A DNA stretch of 63,114 nucleotides, filler included, from Bigelowiella natans CCMP2755 (lineage: Eukaryota; Protista; Cercozoa): assembly GCA_000320545.1 (NCBI GenBank). It is 6 parts of 6 records of this genome, joined end to end, with 100 filler letters (N's around TTAATTAATTAA, not from the genome) between each part and the next. Parts side by side here need not be neighbours in the genome. Positions count along the whole stretch, not along the records: positions 36,015 to 50,162 come from ADNK01002338.1; positions 50,263 to 51,540 come from ADNK01002786.1; positions 51,641 to 53,279 come from ADNK01002646.1; 3 more parts are not named here. The stretch is one strand, 5' to 3'. Under the pieces are notes generated by a model. It was not told where the DNA came from. It ran no database searches and saw only the letters and a list, made by a program, of their open reading frames with translations. Shown one piece after another: positions 39,559 to 53,279 of the stretch (position 1 is its first letter; every line of letters starts with the position of its first letter). The position numbers and the translations under genes were made by a program.

Positions 39559-40689
39559 CGCAATACCTCTTCTTCCCCAATAAGACTGCCCTCACCGAGC
39601 GCCATGATGCGGACAAACCTTCGGAACAGCAGCAGGAGAGCTAGATGAAGATACGCAGGCACAACGAAGAACCGAGGGAAATAATCGCTGAAGTAAGTAC
39701 CCGATATTGTGGACTTTGTGGCCTGCTAGCCTCATCCTCTGCCCCGCAAGATGCTGATTAATGATGATGATGATTGATGGCGGCATTAGTTTGGCTGGTT
39801 GGGTGCGCGTAGCTGTGCGCACGTGCATGTGCCTGTTATGTTCTGTTGCGCAATCACGCAGTCTCCATCTTAGGGCAGGTGCGATTCGGTCATCATCAAT
39901 GTCACCTTCTTCGCCTTTTTCAACGCTAACGGGTCCTTCTCCGGCGCCATCAGCTGCATGCATACGGGTATGGCGAAGCTCAGCAACTTCATATTTCGGA
40001 ATTTCTCTCTCCTCACTGTGCATGTGTGTATGTGTGCGTGTGTGTGTGTGTGTGTGTGTGCGTGTGTGTGTGTGTGCGCGCGTGTGCGTGTACGTGTGCG
40101 TGTGTGCAAGTGCGAGAGAATGGATAAGAGGAGGGAGGAATCAATCTAGGAGAGAAATCTCAAATTCGTTCTCAACGTACAATGCATCGGCCTTCCAGTA
40201 GAAAGTACACCATGGTCGCGCTGCTGTCTGAAATTAAGGCAGGTGGCTCTTTCAAATGGATCACGCAGAAGGAGAAGGAAGGGGGAGCAGCAGGTGGTGC
40301 CTGTGACCTTTCTCATACAGCCAAGCTCCCCCCTCTTGCTTGTGTGCTTGCATGCAGTAGGCGAAGGACGATAAACGACTGCACGAGAGACAAATACATT
40401 CCGTTAAGTGAAGAAACGATATTCCAATGTCACTCGAGGGAGGTTTCATCACAACGGGAGGGTGGCAGAGAGGGGGAGGGAGGGGAAGATGAAGATTTCT
40501 GCACATGCATGATGCTGCCGCGCCCGATTTCGTGCAAAACGGTACATCGCCGAGTAAGGATTACCCCAGGCCCCAGTCTTTAAACAAGTAGTGGCCTTCT
40601 AGGAATTTCATCTTTTGATTCCGGCTATAGTACAACAATATCAACAGCATTATTGTTAATTTGGTAAAAAAATACACACTCACTCACTC

Positions 40690-40750
<61 letters not shown>

Positions 40751-40935
40751 CCTTGAGAATGTTTCTTTCCCATTCAATAATGCAAGGGCATAATCGCATG
40801 CACGTAACGACGCTTTCAATTACCGATTTACGATTTCATGAGCTTTTTGGCCCATATTCTCCAGCGCCTGCAAGAATTGAACGTGGCGTTTGTTTTTGAG
40901 ATACATGACCATTTAACAGAGGGTAATGAGGGGGG

Positions 40936-40977
<42 letters not shown>

Positions 40978-41528
40978 ACGAAGGGCAGGGAAAGAGAGGG
41001 TAGAAAGAGAGGAGGAAGAGGAGGAGGAGAAGCAAGGGACGGCAGAGAACCAATATTGACTCCAAGCTACTGATGACGATAACGCCACAACCGGAGGTAG
41101 TAGCAATAACGGTCGCGGATCTCTTCCACTGATTATAAGATAATGATAACTACTCAGGATGCTTTACCCTCTTTCTCTCGCTCTCCTCTTCCTCTTCCTC
41201 TTCCTCTCTCTCTCTCTCCCTATCTCTCTCTCTCTCTCTGTGTGTGTGTGTATATGCGTGTTCCCGTTCATATTCCTTCATATGTGCAGTCTGTAAGCAT
41301 TTAACGTGTGCACACTTTTTTTTTTAAAATAGAGAATCGTATGTATGTGAGAGAAGCATGCCTTTTCCTTTCTAAACAGAGTCTCGTCCCCGAGCGACCT
41401 GGTTCGTAGCCACAAAGAGAAAATAGCGGAAGGTGAAGGACAAAATCCCACGCACACCACGACATCCACGCACAAAAGCATCTCCTGTTACCCACTAAGC
41501 ATGGAGATGTGGTTATTTAATATATATA

Positions 41529-41621
<93 letters not shown>

Positions 41622-43292
41622 CACGTGTGTGTGTGCACGCGCTTTTGTATCATAGCAGATTTACGGAAACAGCAACCAAAAAGTGAAAGAGCCGCAAGAA
41701 GCCCTTTTTTCACACATATCTTGTGCTCACTACAGACTTTGTCGCCTTGATGATAGCCACCCCATGTCCGTATCCTTGCTCCCCCGGCTTCGCGACGTGC
41801 ACAGACGCCTCTCCAGAGAAGAGAATGAAGAATTCGCTGCCGAAATCTCCTTGTCGTATTACTGGTGAGTAGTACATTATATTGATTTGCTGCTGTGGTG
41901 TGGGTCTCTTTTTGTGGGTGGGTTGTTGTTTTTGCGATGGGAGCCGCGTTCCCTTCCTCTTCTCCCTCCCTCATCCCTGCCCGCGCACACTGTTCTCAGA
42001 CACATTTGCGATATATTCATCCTCTGATTCGGCGAAAAGCATTTACTTTTTACAGCTGCTGTGCGAATAAATGCTTTTATCATGTTGTCGAGATTGCACT
42101 TACCTATCTCTCGCGCTCCGAATTCTCTAAGCCTGAAATACTTTGAAAACTGATAAAGAGCGTCTTCACTGGGGGGGGGGGGGAGGCGAGGATGGGAGAA
42201 AATAAGAATAGGCCAACCAGCAGTAAAACAGAGAACGAATGACAATAGCCATGTGCATCTATGCGTCCCCATTCCCGCTTTGCACCCCCTTTTTCGACCG
42301 TCCTTAGGAGGCATTCATACTACCTAAGATCTGCCAGCACAGGGAGCTCCATCGATTTCAACCAGTCGGTTAAGGTCTCCAGATCGTGGTCGGTGCGAAT
42401 CTTGGGGCTGCATGCAGGCCGATGTGACAGATATATGAGTTTTCGAGTTCAATCATATCTTCACGCTACATTTCTACCCCCCCCCCCCCCCGCGCCCATG
42501 CCCCTCCCTCAATCTGCACGCACTCCTTTCTTGCGACAGCCTGAGCGCGCTTAGCAAGGGTGGCAAGGTCCTTCCGTTGGAGACTCTGTTGGGAGGGTGG
42601 AACGCATTCAAATTCGCAGGAAAGATCATCGCTCCATGAGGCTGATGCAATAGTCAAAATCGCAGCCAAGAACGAGGGGCGCAAAAATGATTTTCCCACA
42701 GAACGAAAATCATTGGTCAAATTCCGCCCACACTGAAGGCACGCACAGGCAATATACAAACCCTAGGTTCTCACGCCTATTTGATCTTTAATTTTGATGC
42801 GCACAAACCCTCTTGATGTCACCATGCCAGTTGAGCAGGAGGTTCGCCATCCAGCTACTCTTCCTGCGTAAAGCGTAACAATGCGTATCATGCCACGCTG
42901 GTTCTGTGGGTTGACTAGCAGGCCAACAGCAGCACAACGGACCGAAGTACGTCAACAAGTGAACCCTAGGTTGAACCTTATCTGGCTTACTTGATGGTAT
43001 TGCTGACGGTGTCGATCTGCACATGCTGGACTTTCTTATTGCGCTTCTGAGCCCGTCTCACCTGAGGAGCAGATGGATTCAGCACGTAAGAGCATTCGCA
43101 GGCACAACAAAGCGAATATCGAAGTAAAGTTAGACATTGGCAGCTAGGGGGGTGGCCTCACAAAGAAGTTCCAAGTGAAAATATTATTCCGAAAAGTACA
43201 CGATGAACAGTCACCTTGTTGACCCCTCGTATGAATCGTCTGAGAGCCTTTGATTTCTTCTTCGGCTTTGCGGCATCGTCATCCTCACCCAT
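36014..43292 (-). CDS. Multi-exon cyclic-nucleotide-binding-domain (cNMP) protein
   Basis: Exons RTDHDLETLTDWLKSMELPVLADL / EDALYQFSKYFRLREFGAREI (CNBD N-helix and first strand), VLHEIGRGSI / GVLSTGRPMHCTLRT, YRTGGPCEG and FVRIMALGEGSLIGEEE (degenerate phosphate-binding cassettes). Tentative ATG at 43292 (MGEDDDAAKPKKK). Confidence 0.55.
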
Positions 43293-44142
43293 TTTCGAGC
43301 GCGATTCGAATCAGTTCGTCCACGGATGCAATAACTCGGGGCCTGCAAGATGATGATGATGGCGAATCGTTTCGTCATTCCAAAAACCCTTCCACCACGT
43401 GCGAGGAAACAAAAATACGAAGATTTGCCCTATAGCTTGGTCGCATGGTAGGGGGCAGAATGCCATCGGCAGCATGCAAGCATGCAAGATACATGTAAAG
43501 GGGGAACAGTACGGACAATGTTTTTCAGGGGGGGGGGAAGTTGACCACAACGGCTTCAATTATCCGGGCCAAAAATTTAGGATGTTTTATGGATGAAAGC
43601 TGCACTCATGACCGACCTTGTTCCGGCGATGTCGCACGTCGGAAACACGTTCGTAACGGACTAGATACTAGGATGCAACTGGGGCGACAAGGAAATAGGA
43701 AAAATGCCTAAGGATTCATGATCGCGACAAGAAAAATCGGCAAGAGAAATTGGCTCTCCCGACTTCAATTCCAGTTGGAAAACGGCAACGGAAACGGCCG
43801 GGAAACTCGAAAAAGTTGAACAGCAGAGACGCGAAGCTCACCCGCTCTCCTGGATAGAAGAAACTCGAACGAGGGGCTCACGTCGCTGGCAGGAGGAAGG
43901 TTGGTCAACGGGAAGAATGCCTCGCCCCCTTCCACCAGAATTCTGCCATGTATTTAATGATTATGAAGTTGCATTTGTCTAGCGTGCGAGCCCCGTGTTA
44001 CGTTACACATGATTTGATGGAACATTTTTGTTTTACAAATAAAATACATCCTCGCTTGGAATCGCCCCTTTCAAGTACGTTATACGTGTGAGACAAAAAG
44101 GACCTAGCTTTCCAAACCCCGGAAAGTCTCTATCAGACTGGG

Positions 44143-44880
44143 ATGGCCAAACTGCCGGAAAGCATGCGCGCGATTTCTTCTGGCCCTGACTTAAGCTACT
44201 GCGGTTTCCCAATAGAACCAGCCTCCCGTCGCACATACGAGAGTAAAGCCTCGACGCATTATGAGGGGGAAGCAAGTGTGCGAGGAACCCAAACCAAGTG
44301 CAAAGACACGCCATTAGATGTGGACAGGCAAAGGATAGAATTCGAATCAGCCGAAATACATGCATCGGTGCACTGGATTGAGTACCATGACGAAGATTCC
44401 GGCGCAGCGTATTACGTTGACACAAACACTGGTGATTCCACGTGGGAGCGTCCAAAGTCGCCAATATTTGTAGGCCCTGAAGAGAGCCGACTGAATCCAA
44501 GCATGGGCCTGAGAGGTCACGATTCCTTTGGCACAGCAGCTCCTCTGCAGGAGATGAACTGGGTGTCTTCCTACAGTGATCAGGCCCCGTCAAATCAGGA
44601 AGTGCAGGCCGCAAAGATGACAACGGATGAATCTGAGGAACATGCAACACCAGAACCTACTACTATGGACACTGTTCTTTCCATGGGGTCGTTGCTATCA
44701 TCCTTGCCTTCCATCCCCGAAGAGTCAAAAATAGGGGGATCCGACGAAGAAAATACTCAGAGTAGTCAACGAAGCTCCGCTGGTTCCACCGTGGAAACCA
44801 CTCGCGATGGTACTACCAGAGCGACGATGGAAGAACAACGCAGCAGGGTAATAGTTCAAGAGGAAGCTAGAAGGCCATAA
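44143..44880 (+). CDS. WW-domain protein; 5' end possibly further upstream
   Basis: HWIEYHDEDSGAAYYVDTNTGDSTWERP matches the WW consensus; the rest is acidic and disordered. Confidence 0.8.
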   Translation: MAKLPESMRAISSGPDLSYCGFPIEPASRRTYESKASTHYEGEASVRGTQTKCKDTPLDVDRQRIEFESAEIHASVHWIEYHDEDSGAAYYVDTNTGDSTWERPKSPIFVGPEESRLNPSMGLRGHDSFGTAAPLQEMNWVSSYSDQAPSNQEVQAAKMTTDESEEHATPEPTTMDTVLSMGSLLSSLPSIPEESKIGGSDEENTQSSQRSSAGSTVETTRDGTTRATMEEQRSRVIVQEEARRP

Positions 44881-45148
44881 CGACCAGAATGTGACGAGAA
44901 TGTGTGTACATAGTACTTGAACGCTACATCATGTAAAGAATTTTAAATTGTGGAGCAGAAACAATGACAAGCAGCTATGGCTCTAATGAATGCATGCGTT
45001 GCCCAGCTTGTCAGCTAATAAGTATGAACAGTTGACGAATCTAGCAATGTATGCTCGGCCTGGCGCTCTCGTGCAATGACACTCCCAGAGCAACACACGC
45101 GCGCTCTACTAACAGACTAAACAACTACATGATTAAGAAATCCGCACA

Positions 45149-45199
<51 letters not shown>

Positions 45200-45444
45200 A
45201 AAACATCGCAAGCTAGCAAGTGCAATGTGCCATGCTGCCGCTCGCAGTGCCAGCGCAGCTTTGAGCAGAGGCTGGTCGTCATTGCATGCTGTAGCAATGA
45301 GCGTTCCCGGTTGGGTTTGTGTCCCTTAACCAGTAGCATTAAGAACTCCTTCAGCAAAGTCATGCACGCATGTATCAGCAATTCTCGCTCCTCACATCGA
45401 GATAGTATTCCGTCGATCTGATCATCAGTCATTGCCGCGAATCG

Positions 45445-47752
45445 TCACTCCAGGTTCTCGAGCCACGCTTGGTCGTCCATGTTGTACCGCTTCCGAACGC
45501 GCGTCCGGCGAGTGCCTTCCTCTATGATGTTGTTAAGCTCTAGGCCTGCGAGGAGGGAAAGGGGATTGGCGGGGAGGGTAGCCGAGGCAGGTGGCGAGGG
45601 TTGGGGGGGGGAGGGGTACAGGTGAGCTACGTCAGTATCTTGCAGAAATGTGGAAGAATGCTTTTGCAAGATGAGATTTGTTTAACAGGCAACAGTCCCT
45701 CCCCTCCCACCCTCATTGCGTGTAGTCGAGAGAATCACCTGAGGCTCGAGTGCGCTTCTCGATCATGTCCTTCTGCTTTTTCTTCTGTCGGAGGTCCTCG
45801 GCGATGCTCTCGAAGACCTGCCGCATGTAGTTGATGGTGGCGCGGGCCGTCTTTGTCTTCGGCCGCTTCTCGCGAAACTCCGCGGCCAAGCTCTCCACCC
45901 CCTCAAGATCTGTTGATTTTGCGCTTGGTTTAGATTGGTGTGCATGTGTGTGTTTTGTGCGCGCGTGCGTCGTCGCTGAGTGTGGAATCGCATCGAAATG
46001 GAAATGGCTTTTCACGCTTCATGCCGTTGTGCACAAAATCAAGTGAAACAGAACGAGAAGACGCCCTTCTCTGCTATTCCTCACTCATCGTTTCACCACT
46101 CTCCTTTTCTTTCTCTTCTTCTCGATCCCCCCCCCCCCCCTTGACTTCCCTAATATTGCTTTCACGAGCGAGTCGCTACCACACACAAAAAATCGCCACA
46201 TCTTTCTAGCATGTTGTCCCCCTCCCCCCCCCTCCCCCTTGCCTCGCTGGTGCCCACCACTCCAGCAGTCACGTACCAGTAGCAACGAGCTCCCAAGTAT
46301 GCTCCTCTTCCGCCTCCTTCTCTTCGTCCTCCTCTTCGTCGGCTGCTCCTTCTCCCTCCTCCCCCTCCTGTTGCGCCTTCCTCCTCTTCCCTCTGGCCTG
46401 CTGCTGCTGCTGCTTCTTCTTCCGCTTCTTCAGGTGCGGCGCGGGGGGGAGGCTTTCCCGGTACACATGCGCCTCGGGCCGCCTGTCGTCGAAGGAAAAG
46501 CTCCAGTAGCGATGCCGCTGGTCGGAGGCGAGCGGCTCGCTCGCGAACGGCCGCTCACGCTCGTCGTAGACCACGAGCTCCCTGACGAGCTCGTTTTCGG
46601 CCAAGTTCCACTCGCACAGCCAGGAGAGCACGCGCACCTTCTCCGGCGCCGAGAGTTCGGAGAAGGCCCGCGCCGCGAGGGGGTTGTCGAGCTCGGACTC
46701 GAGCCCGCATTGCGCCAGGTGACCGGTGATCTGCGTCGCGAGCTCCCGTTCCCACGAGAACTCGTCGATGCGGTCCTGCTTGGCCGGGAGGTAGAGCTGC
46801 AGCAGTGTGCGCGCGAGGTTGGCGGCGAAGTCGGGCGGCCTCGCCCCCGTGAGGGAGTCCTGCAGCAGCCGCGGCGCGAACGTCTTGAGCAGCTCCCACT
46901 CGTGCATGAACTTGCCGAACGTCTCGCACCACATCAGCACGAAGCCCCACTTCCAACTCGACTCGAGGGATTGCAGCGCACTTCCGTCCTCTTCCTCCTT
47001 CTTCTTCTTCTCCTTCTCCTCCTCCTCCTCCTGCTGCTCAACCCGCCCCTCCAGATCTGCGGGCGAGAGGACCTGCTCAGGGAAGGCGGCGCGAGCGACT
47101 TCCATGAAGCGCCGCCAGGTCGAAAAGGCCAGGACGCTAAGCTCGCTCTCCCGCCCGTGGTAGCGCACGCAGTTGTCGCGAATCAGTCGGAAATCCCTCG
47201 CGAACTCGGTGACGGTGGGGTACCTGCCCTTCTCATCAACCCCGTGCTCTATGGTGGAGATGTCCATCGGCCTCTTGATGATCTCGGCGTAGTTGGGGGG
47301 GGCGGCCTCCCCGTCGCCGAGCACCGGGCGGCGGAACGGCCAGGAGTCTGGATGGCGCCTCACGCTCCTCGCCACTTGCAGGAGCGCGTCGCGGAACACG
47401 TCCGCCTTGGCGCGCTTCCTCGACAGGCTCCTGAGCTTCATCATGAAGGCCTTCTGCAGCTCCTTGGCCAGGTCGCACAGCTTGCCGGGGCCGTTGTAGG
47501 ACACGCAGTTCGTGACGATGAGCTGCAGGAACTTGAAGAGGTGTCCGATGGTCGTGCACACGCCCTCCTCCGCCACCTTCTGCAGGGTGTCGAAGTCCAT
47601 CGGGTGCTTGATGGTTTTACTGTAGCTGTGAACAACAACAACAACAACAACAATAACAATAAGAACAACAACAACAAAAATGAAGCACTCGTTTCAGAAG
47701 GGGGGATACAGGGGAGGAGGGGGGAGGGGTAATCAAAGCTACGATGCGAGCT

Positions 47753-47795
<43 letters not shown>

Positions 47796-49304
47796 TCATG
47801 TATACATATTCTTTCCTTCCTTCCGAGAAAGTCTACTCCCTCCCCTCTCCCCTCTCCCCTCTCCCTCCTGTCCCCCCCTTCCTCTTCTTCTCCTTCTTTT
47901 CCTTCTTAATATTATTATTATTATCATTATTATCATTATTCGCGCAGCAGTCGTCGTGTCCCTACTCCGGCGCGATGTCGTCGGTCACGGGGTAGAGGAA
48001 GTCCTGGAACCGCGGCTGCTCCCCGAGGCTCCGCACGAACTCGATCACCTCCTCCGGGCGCAGTTTCCGCTTCATGTCGATCCCGCTGGTGTTGGGGGGC
48101 TTCAAAGCTGCACTCGCGCGCAGCGCGTAGGAAGAGGAGGTGGAGGAGGAGGAGGAGGAAGCTAGGCCACCAGTTGCGGCCTTGCGCTCGGGCCGTGTCC
48201 TCTGCTGTCGTTTCGATGTGGGAGCTGCTGCTGCTCTCTGCGCCCGGCGCCTGGTTGAAGAGTGGCGGTCGTCGTTATAGAAGTGATCATCCGGCTGCTG
48301 CCCCCGGGTGTCATCATCCTTGCTGCTATCCTCCGCACGCCCAGCAGCGGTTTGGAGGGGGTAGGCATTTCTCCCAACGGGCTGCTGCTGCTGCGGTATC
48401 ATAGAGGCAACTTCACCCTTACTACCCCCACCGCCCGCCGCATGCTGTGGATGGAGCACGAATTTCATTCTAGGGTTGAGGGTTTCCCCTGTTAGCATCA
48501 TCCTTCCCCCCCCCCCCCCCCCTGCTTTTCCTGCTGCCGCAGCCACCTGTGCGAGGAGCTGCGCTCTGTGCTGTTGCTGCTGCTGCAGCTGCCGGCGGTA
48601 CGAATCCAAAACAGCTGCGAACTGCGGCTGGCCGCTGTTCTGGCCCTGATACATCGTGGTCGACGAGGAGGGGTTCCACGCTTTTAGAGTGGAGGTATTC
48701 ATGGTTGCGCCAGTTGTAACCTGCGGAAAGAAATTCAGCCGTTCGTTGTTGGCCCGCGGGCGGGTCAAGCACGCCGCTTCCAGCGCGCGTGTCGAGAGCA
48801 ACACTATCACGCCACGCTAGTCGGTTTCCAGCACGCCACGCTGCGCACCGCTCAGACGTATTACTTTCTGAGCGGTGCGAGCTTTGGTGGCGGCAAGACG
48901 AAAACATTCTAAGAAGATTTGAAAGAAATTCAAAGCGAAGGTGATCAGTGACAATGGCGAAGGCGATTCGGTTGCCCGTCTCCCTGTTTTATGATTCCCC
49001 CGCGGAGTCACAGGATTCTACATGTTTGGTGGGCGATGCCTCGCCTTTGTGAAATACTTCTGGAGACTACTTAGTCGGGCACTATCTCTCCCGCAGCATC
49101 ATCCTCTCAAATGCGTACCGCTCTTTGTGCTCCGTGGGCGATGCCGGCATCTGTGTATGTTTTCGTTTCAGCGTTCCACCGCGTCAGCTTTCCAGTAGGA
49201 GTATGGCACATCAACTTCGTGCGCGGATCGTAAACGTAGCCATTCTGATAGTATATCTTCCCGTCCCGTTGGATGTACGAGGACGCTGGCTGCTGTGCCG
49301 CCAT
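45445..49304 (-). CDS. Chromatin protein: OCRE-like N-terminus, two bromodomains, DDT/WHIM1/WSD-like region (ISWI-partner type)
   Basis: Exon 1 (ATG 49304) MAAQQ...YYQNGYVYDPRTKL... splices in phase 0 to VTTGATMNTS at 48720. Bromo 1: FLYPVTDDIAPD/YSKTIKHPMDF...NCVSYNG. Bromo 2: SWPFRRPV...PNYAEIIKRPMDISTI...NCVRYHG. DDT-like LESSWKWGFVLMWCETF, WHIM1 FSELSAPEKVRVLSWLCE, and WSD-like EPLASDQRHRYWSF...WELVAT. Confidence 0.85.
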
Positions 49305-49441
49305 TTTCACACAGGTTGTTGTTAGTGTTGTTTTCAGAAATACATATATATTGGGATGTATTCGGGTAATATTTTTATCTAGTATCAGAACTAAACCTTC
49401 AGATGCGCAGAACACATACAACACCCATCGTAATAATCGCA

Positions 49442-50305
49442 ATGGTGGAGCCACCGGGCTCGATGAAGTCTATGCTGCGTCTCCTTCTGCTCCTGCCGGT
49501 AACGGTATCCCTCTTGAAAATTGGGAACGTGGGGGGAATCTAAAAGAGACGTGGAGGAAAATTTTGAGCCATCCAACCCCCAGCCATAGTTTCTCCCTCG
49601 CCATCTTCCAACCCCTGTTTTCTGAACATCCAGGTAATGGTGGGGAGGGCGCACACTGTGGACCCGAAAGTCGCGAGCTTTCTGATAACTGGAGAATCGA
49701 GGGTCAGTAACCCAGCCTTGATGCTGCTTCCACCTTCCCTCCTCTTTCCCTCCCGCTTTGAAAGATGATGATCTGATGCGAAAATCGTCTTTTAACGCAG
49801 GATACCATCTCCGTTTCTCTTCCCAAGAGGCGCGCCAAGTGCACGTTCGATTATGTGGTGAGCTCTTCTGCGTCGTACATTGTGCAAATGACTCCCCGCG
49901 TAACGACAAATCAGCTCCGCCCACCCCTACATTTGATTCCGAGAGGAGGTCTCATTATTGTTCCACGCGCAGGCCGGACAGCCCGTTCACGAGAAGAAGC
50001 AAGTGAAAGAAGGTGCTGAATGGTGACGAAAGAGCGAGAAATAGGAAGCTGTGCATCAGCGATGGCGATTGTTATCGCGTATTGTTCATGACCCCCCCCC
50101 CCCCACTCCTCCTCCTCCAACTCCGTAGGCTCACAGATAAAAGTTGAAGACGTCGTGCATAGNNNNNNNNNNNNNNNNNNNNNNNNNNNNNNNNNNNNNN
50201 NNNNNNTTAATTAATTAANNNNNNNNNNNNNNNNNNNNNNNNNNNNNNNNNNNNNNNNNNNNAGGAGGAGGAGTACGTGGTAAGTTAGGTAGTAATGGAT
50301 TAGTT

Positions 50306-50357
<52 letters not shown>

Positions 50358-51101
50358 TGTGTGTGTTCGAATATATTCATGTATCTATTGTATATGGGTG
50401 TATTTATCAATGAAATTCATTCGTCGTTGCTGTCGTCGTTTACGATCCCCTCCCCCCTCCCCCCTCCCCCCTCCCCCCTCCCCCCTCTCTCCTCCTCCTC
50501 CTCATCGTCCGTTTGCTTTCCACTCCTCAAGTCCCCGGACTGCTAGAAGCTGTAGAGGAGGACGGCGAAGATGACAACGACGATGATGCCAAAGGCAATA
50601 GCAGCAGCAGCAGCAAAAGTAAGGAGATCGTGGAGGCACTTCTTTGTCACGAGGGAATATCGAGATTCCTAGCTCTGATTGTCTCCGTTATGGTGCCTCC
50701 TCCGTCCTCCCCCACCACCGGTACTACTACTCGCGAACGGTGCAAGAAGAAGAAGGAGGATGGCGAGGGAGGATGAGAGAATAAAGATGATAACAATGAT
50801 GATGATGATGACGATGGTGATGATTTCATGATTTTGATGAACACTTCTCCATCAGCGAGCGAGTACCTAGAGATATATATATTTACAATTCGGTAGTGAT
50901 ATTATCATCATCCAAGTAAATAATTGAACAATCACCAACAATGCTACGGATACATGCAGGATCACACGTGAATATGGTGGAGGTCTGCCTCTCAGGCTTG
51001 CTTGTTAGGCAGCTGTTAGAGAAGGTACCAACGACGACGACGACGATGATGATGATGATGATGCTTCTCTCCGCTTATGCTCGTGAGTGTGTATTTGTGT
51101 A

Positions 51102-51134
<33 letters not shown>

Positions 51135-51209
51135 CGAAGGTATAATTAATCACCACAAATGCGATGAGAACATGCATATTGAATATCATTGTCGTCTGTC
51201 ATTAACCGT

Positions 51210-51244
<35 letters not shown>

Positions 51245-51540
51245 TATCACTAATCACCATCATCATCACCACCACCAGGCCGGTCCTCAAGCTTCCGCAT
51301 ACGCGATCGATGAGATCGCACCTCATCTGCCCGCCCTCCTCGCCGGGCTACAACGCCACTTTCTCCGCCCCTCCCCCCTCCCCCACATCCAAACTCCTCA
51401 TGAAGACAAAGAGACGTTCATAAACGAAGCTCGCACGCATCTATGCATCCTCTTCGTACGCGCCTCCCAGTTGATGGGCCCTCAAAGCCTGCAACAAGCG
51501 CTGAAGAAGCATGCCAGTACTAAGTCGATATCATCGCCCA
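49442..51540 (+). CDS. Hypothetical alpha-helical protein, fragmentary and spanning a gap
   Basis: Exon-like blocks EIVEALLCHEGISRFLALIVSV and YAIDEIAPHLPALLAGLQRHF...EARTHLCILFVRASQL. Start tentative. Confidence 0.35.
50163..50262. other. Assembly gap / artificial contig linker
   Basis: Ns flanking TTAATTAATTAA. Confidence 0.97.
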
Positions 51541-51640
51541 NNNNNNNNNNNNNNNNNNNNNNNNNNNNNNNNNNNNNNNNNNNNTTAATTAATTAANNNN
51601 NNNNNNNNNNNNNNNNNNNNNNNNNNNNNNNNNNNNNNNN
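51541..51640. other. Assembly gap / artificial contig linker
   Basis: Ns flanking TTAATTAATTAA. Confidence 0.97.
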
Positions 51641-51807
51641 TCGGGTACTTCTGTGGGGTTGTGGGGAAATTGACACGACCAGTTTGCCAACACGCTCACT
51701 CCGAAAGGATGCACGTGTACATGCACCTCGTTATTATTTATTGGTCGCGCCCCATTCGATGCTGGCGCAAAAATCCGTCTCTTGAGACAGCGTATTCCGT
51801 TTGCATT

Positions 51808-51843
<36 letters not shown>

Positions 51844-51848
51844 CAGTC

Positions 51849-51891
<43 letters not shown>

Positions 51892-51922
51892 ATACATATA
51901 CATTTGCAAACCACACGCACAG

Positions 51923-53101
51923 GGCCGTTGGTCAGCATCTTGCTGTTTGCGGTGTATGGGAACGAATGGACGCTGCAGCGGCTGCGAACGGTAGTTATCC
52001 CATGATCATACTCAAAAACGATTCTTGCGACGATAATACTCTTAAAAGCCATGCTTAAGCGAGAAGAGTAGCGTGGAAAAACGACCCCCCCCCCCCCCCC
52101 CCCCCCCCGCCCCCCGCTCTCTGAGCGTGAGCTGAAACCCTGAGCTATCTGCGCCTACGTCCAGGTCATCTTAGCAGGAATGGCCGGCGAGCTCATAACT
52201 GGCGTGATGATGTTCTTCTTCCGTGATGACGCAGCTCTTGATGAGAACGACGATGATGAGGAGGAGGAGGAGGAGGGGGAGGGGGAGGAGCAAGACAGCA
52301 AAGTAGAGAAGGCTGGGGGTGTGCTCGACGATGGTGGCAGTCACAACACGGCAGCTTCATCTTTGAGGAATGGCGAAGGAAAAGCGGCGGAGCAGCAACA
52401 ACAGAAGCTACAGGATGGGGGGGACAAAGACGGCGATGAACAGGTTGTATCGCTTTCACTTATAAATCCAAATTGATATAGTGACCATGTGTACAATACA
52501 TAGTATATATATATTTATAGTATATACCTTGTAGCAAAGTGACACCGCACGATGAGAAGACCCACAAAACAGCAAAGAGATCATCTATACGACCTGCCGA
52601 ATAGGAACTGGGAGGCCACGCCTCCCCCCACCCTGGCGGCCGCAGTAGCAGACGCGGCAAAAGCAAGCGGCGGGGGCGGGGCGAGAAGCAGACAGTCACG
52701 GAGCGGTTCTTAAATGAGGTGAGGAGTGATTTGTAGGATGATGGAGAAACCAGAACGATAAATAATACCGCTGAGGGCGCGTACGAGAGTGTAGATATAG
52801 CAATGATGCTTACGATCGAAGTCCGGCTTACCCCCCCCGCCCTGCTTTCGCACTCACCCCTTCCCCCCCCCCTCGGTCTATCGCGAAGCACAAGCGATTT
52901 TTAATGTTACACGCATGATCACTATCCTTCGAACCCCCCCCCCCCTTCTTCTGGCCTCTGCTATTTCTATTTCTCTCTCAGGGCTCTTACTGCGGGGGGC
53001 GCTGGACAAGACACCACGTGCCTTACGTGCTGTTTGCGAGTGACTTAGTATCTGCTTTGGGGTCTGGAATGACCGTCAAGTACTTTCCCCTCTTCTTTAA
53101 G
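51923..53101 (+). CDS. Major facilitator superfamily transporter, internal fragment
   Basis: Exons GPLVSILLFAVYGNEWTLQRLRT / VILAGMAGELITGVMMFFFRDD (acidic central loop follows) / GSYCGGRWTRHHVPYVLFASDLVSALGSGMTVKYFPLFFK, an MFS TM5-TM7-like pattern with GT-AG boundaries. Confidence 0.7.
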
Positions 53102-53206
53102 GTGTAGTGGTTGAAGTAGGAGGTAGAGGAGGGGGACACGCAACGTTTGATAGGGAGAAAGAGCTTCTAATATCCGTGCAGGAAACACACACACACACAC
53201 ACACAT

Positions 53207-53258
<52 letters not shown>

Positions 53259-53279
53259 CGTACGTGTGTGTGTGTGTGC

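Noticed and set aside
45133-45447. In-frame ORF right after the bromodomain gene's TGA (possible readthrough)
   Set aside because: No supporting motif, and it runs into microsatellites; most likely 3' UTR.
46239-47732. 497-aa plus-strand ORF
   Set aside because: Antisense shadow of the GC-rich bromodomain exon.
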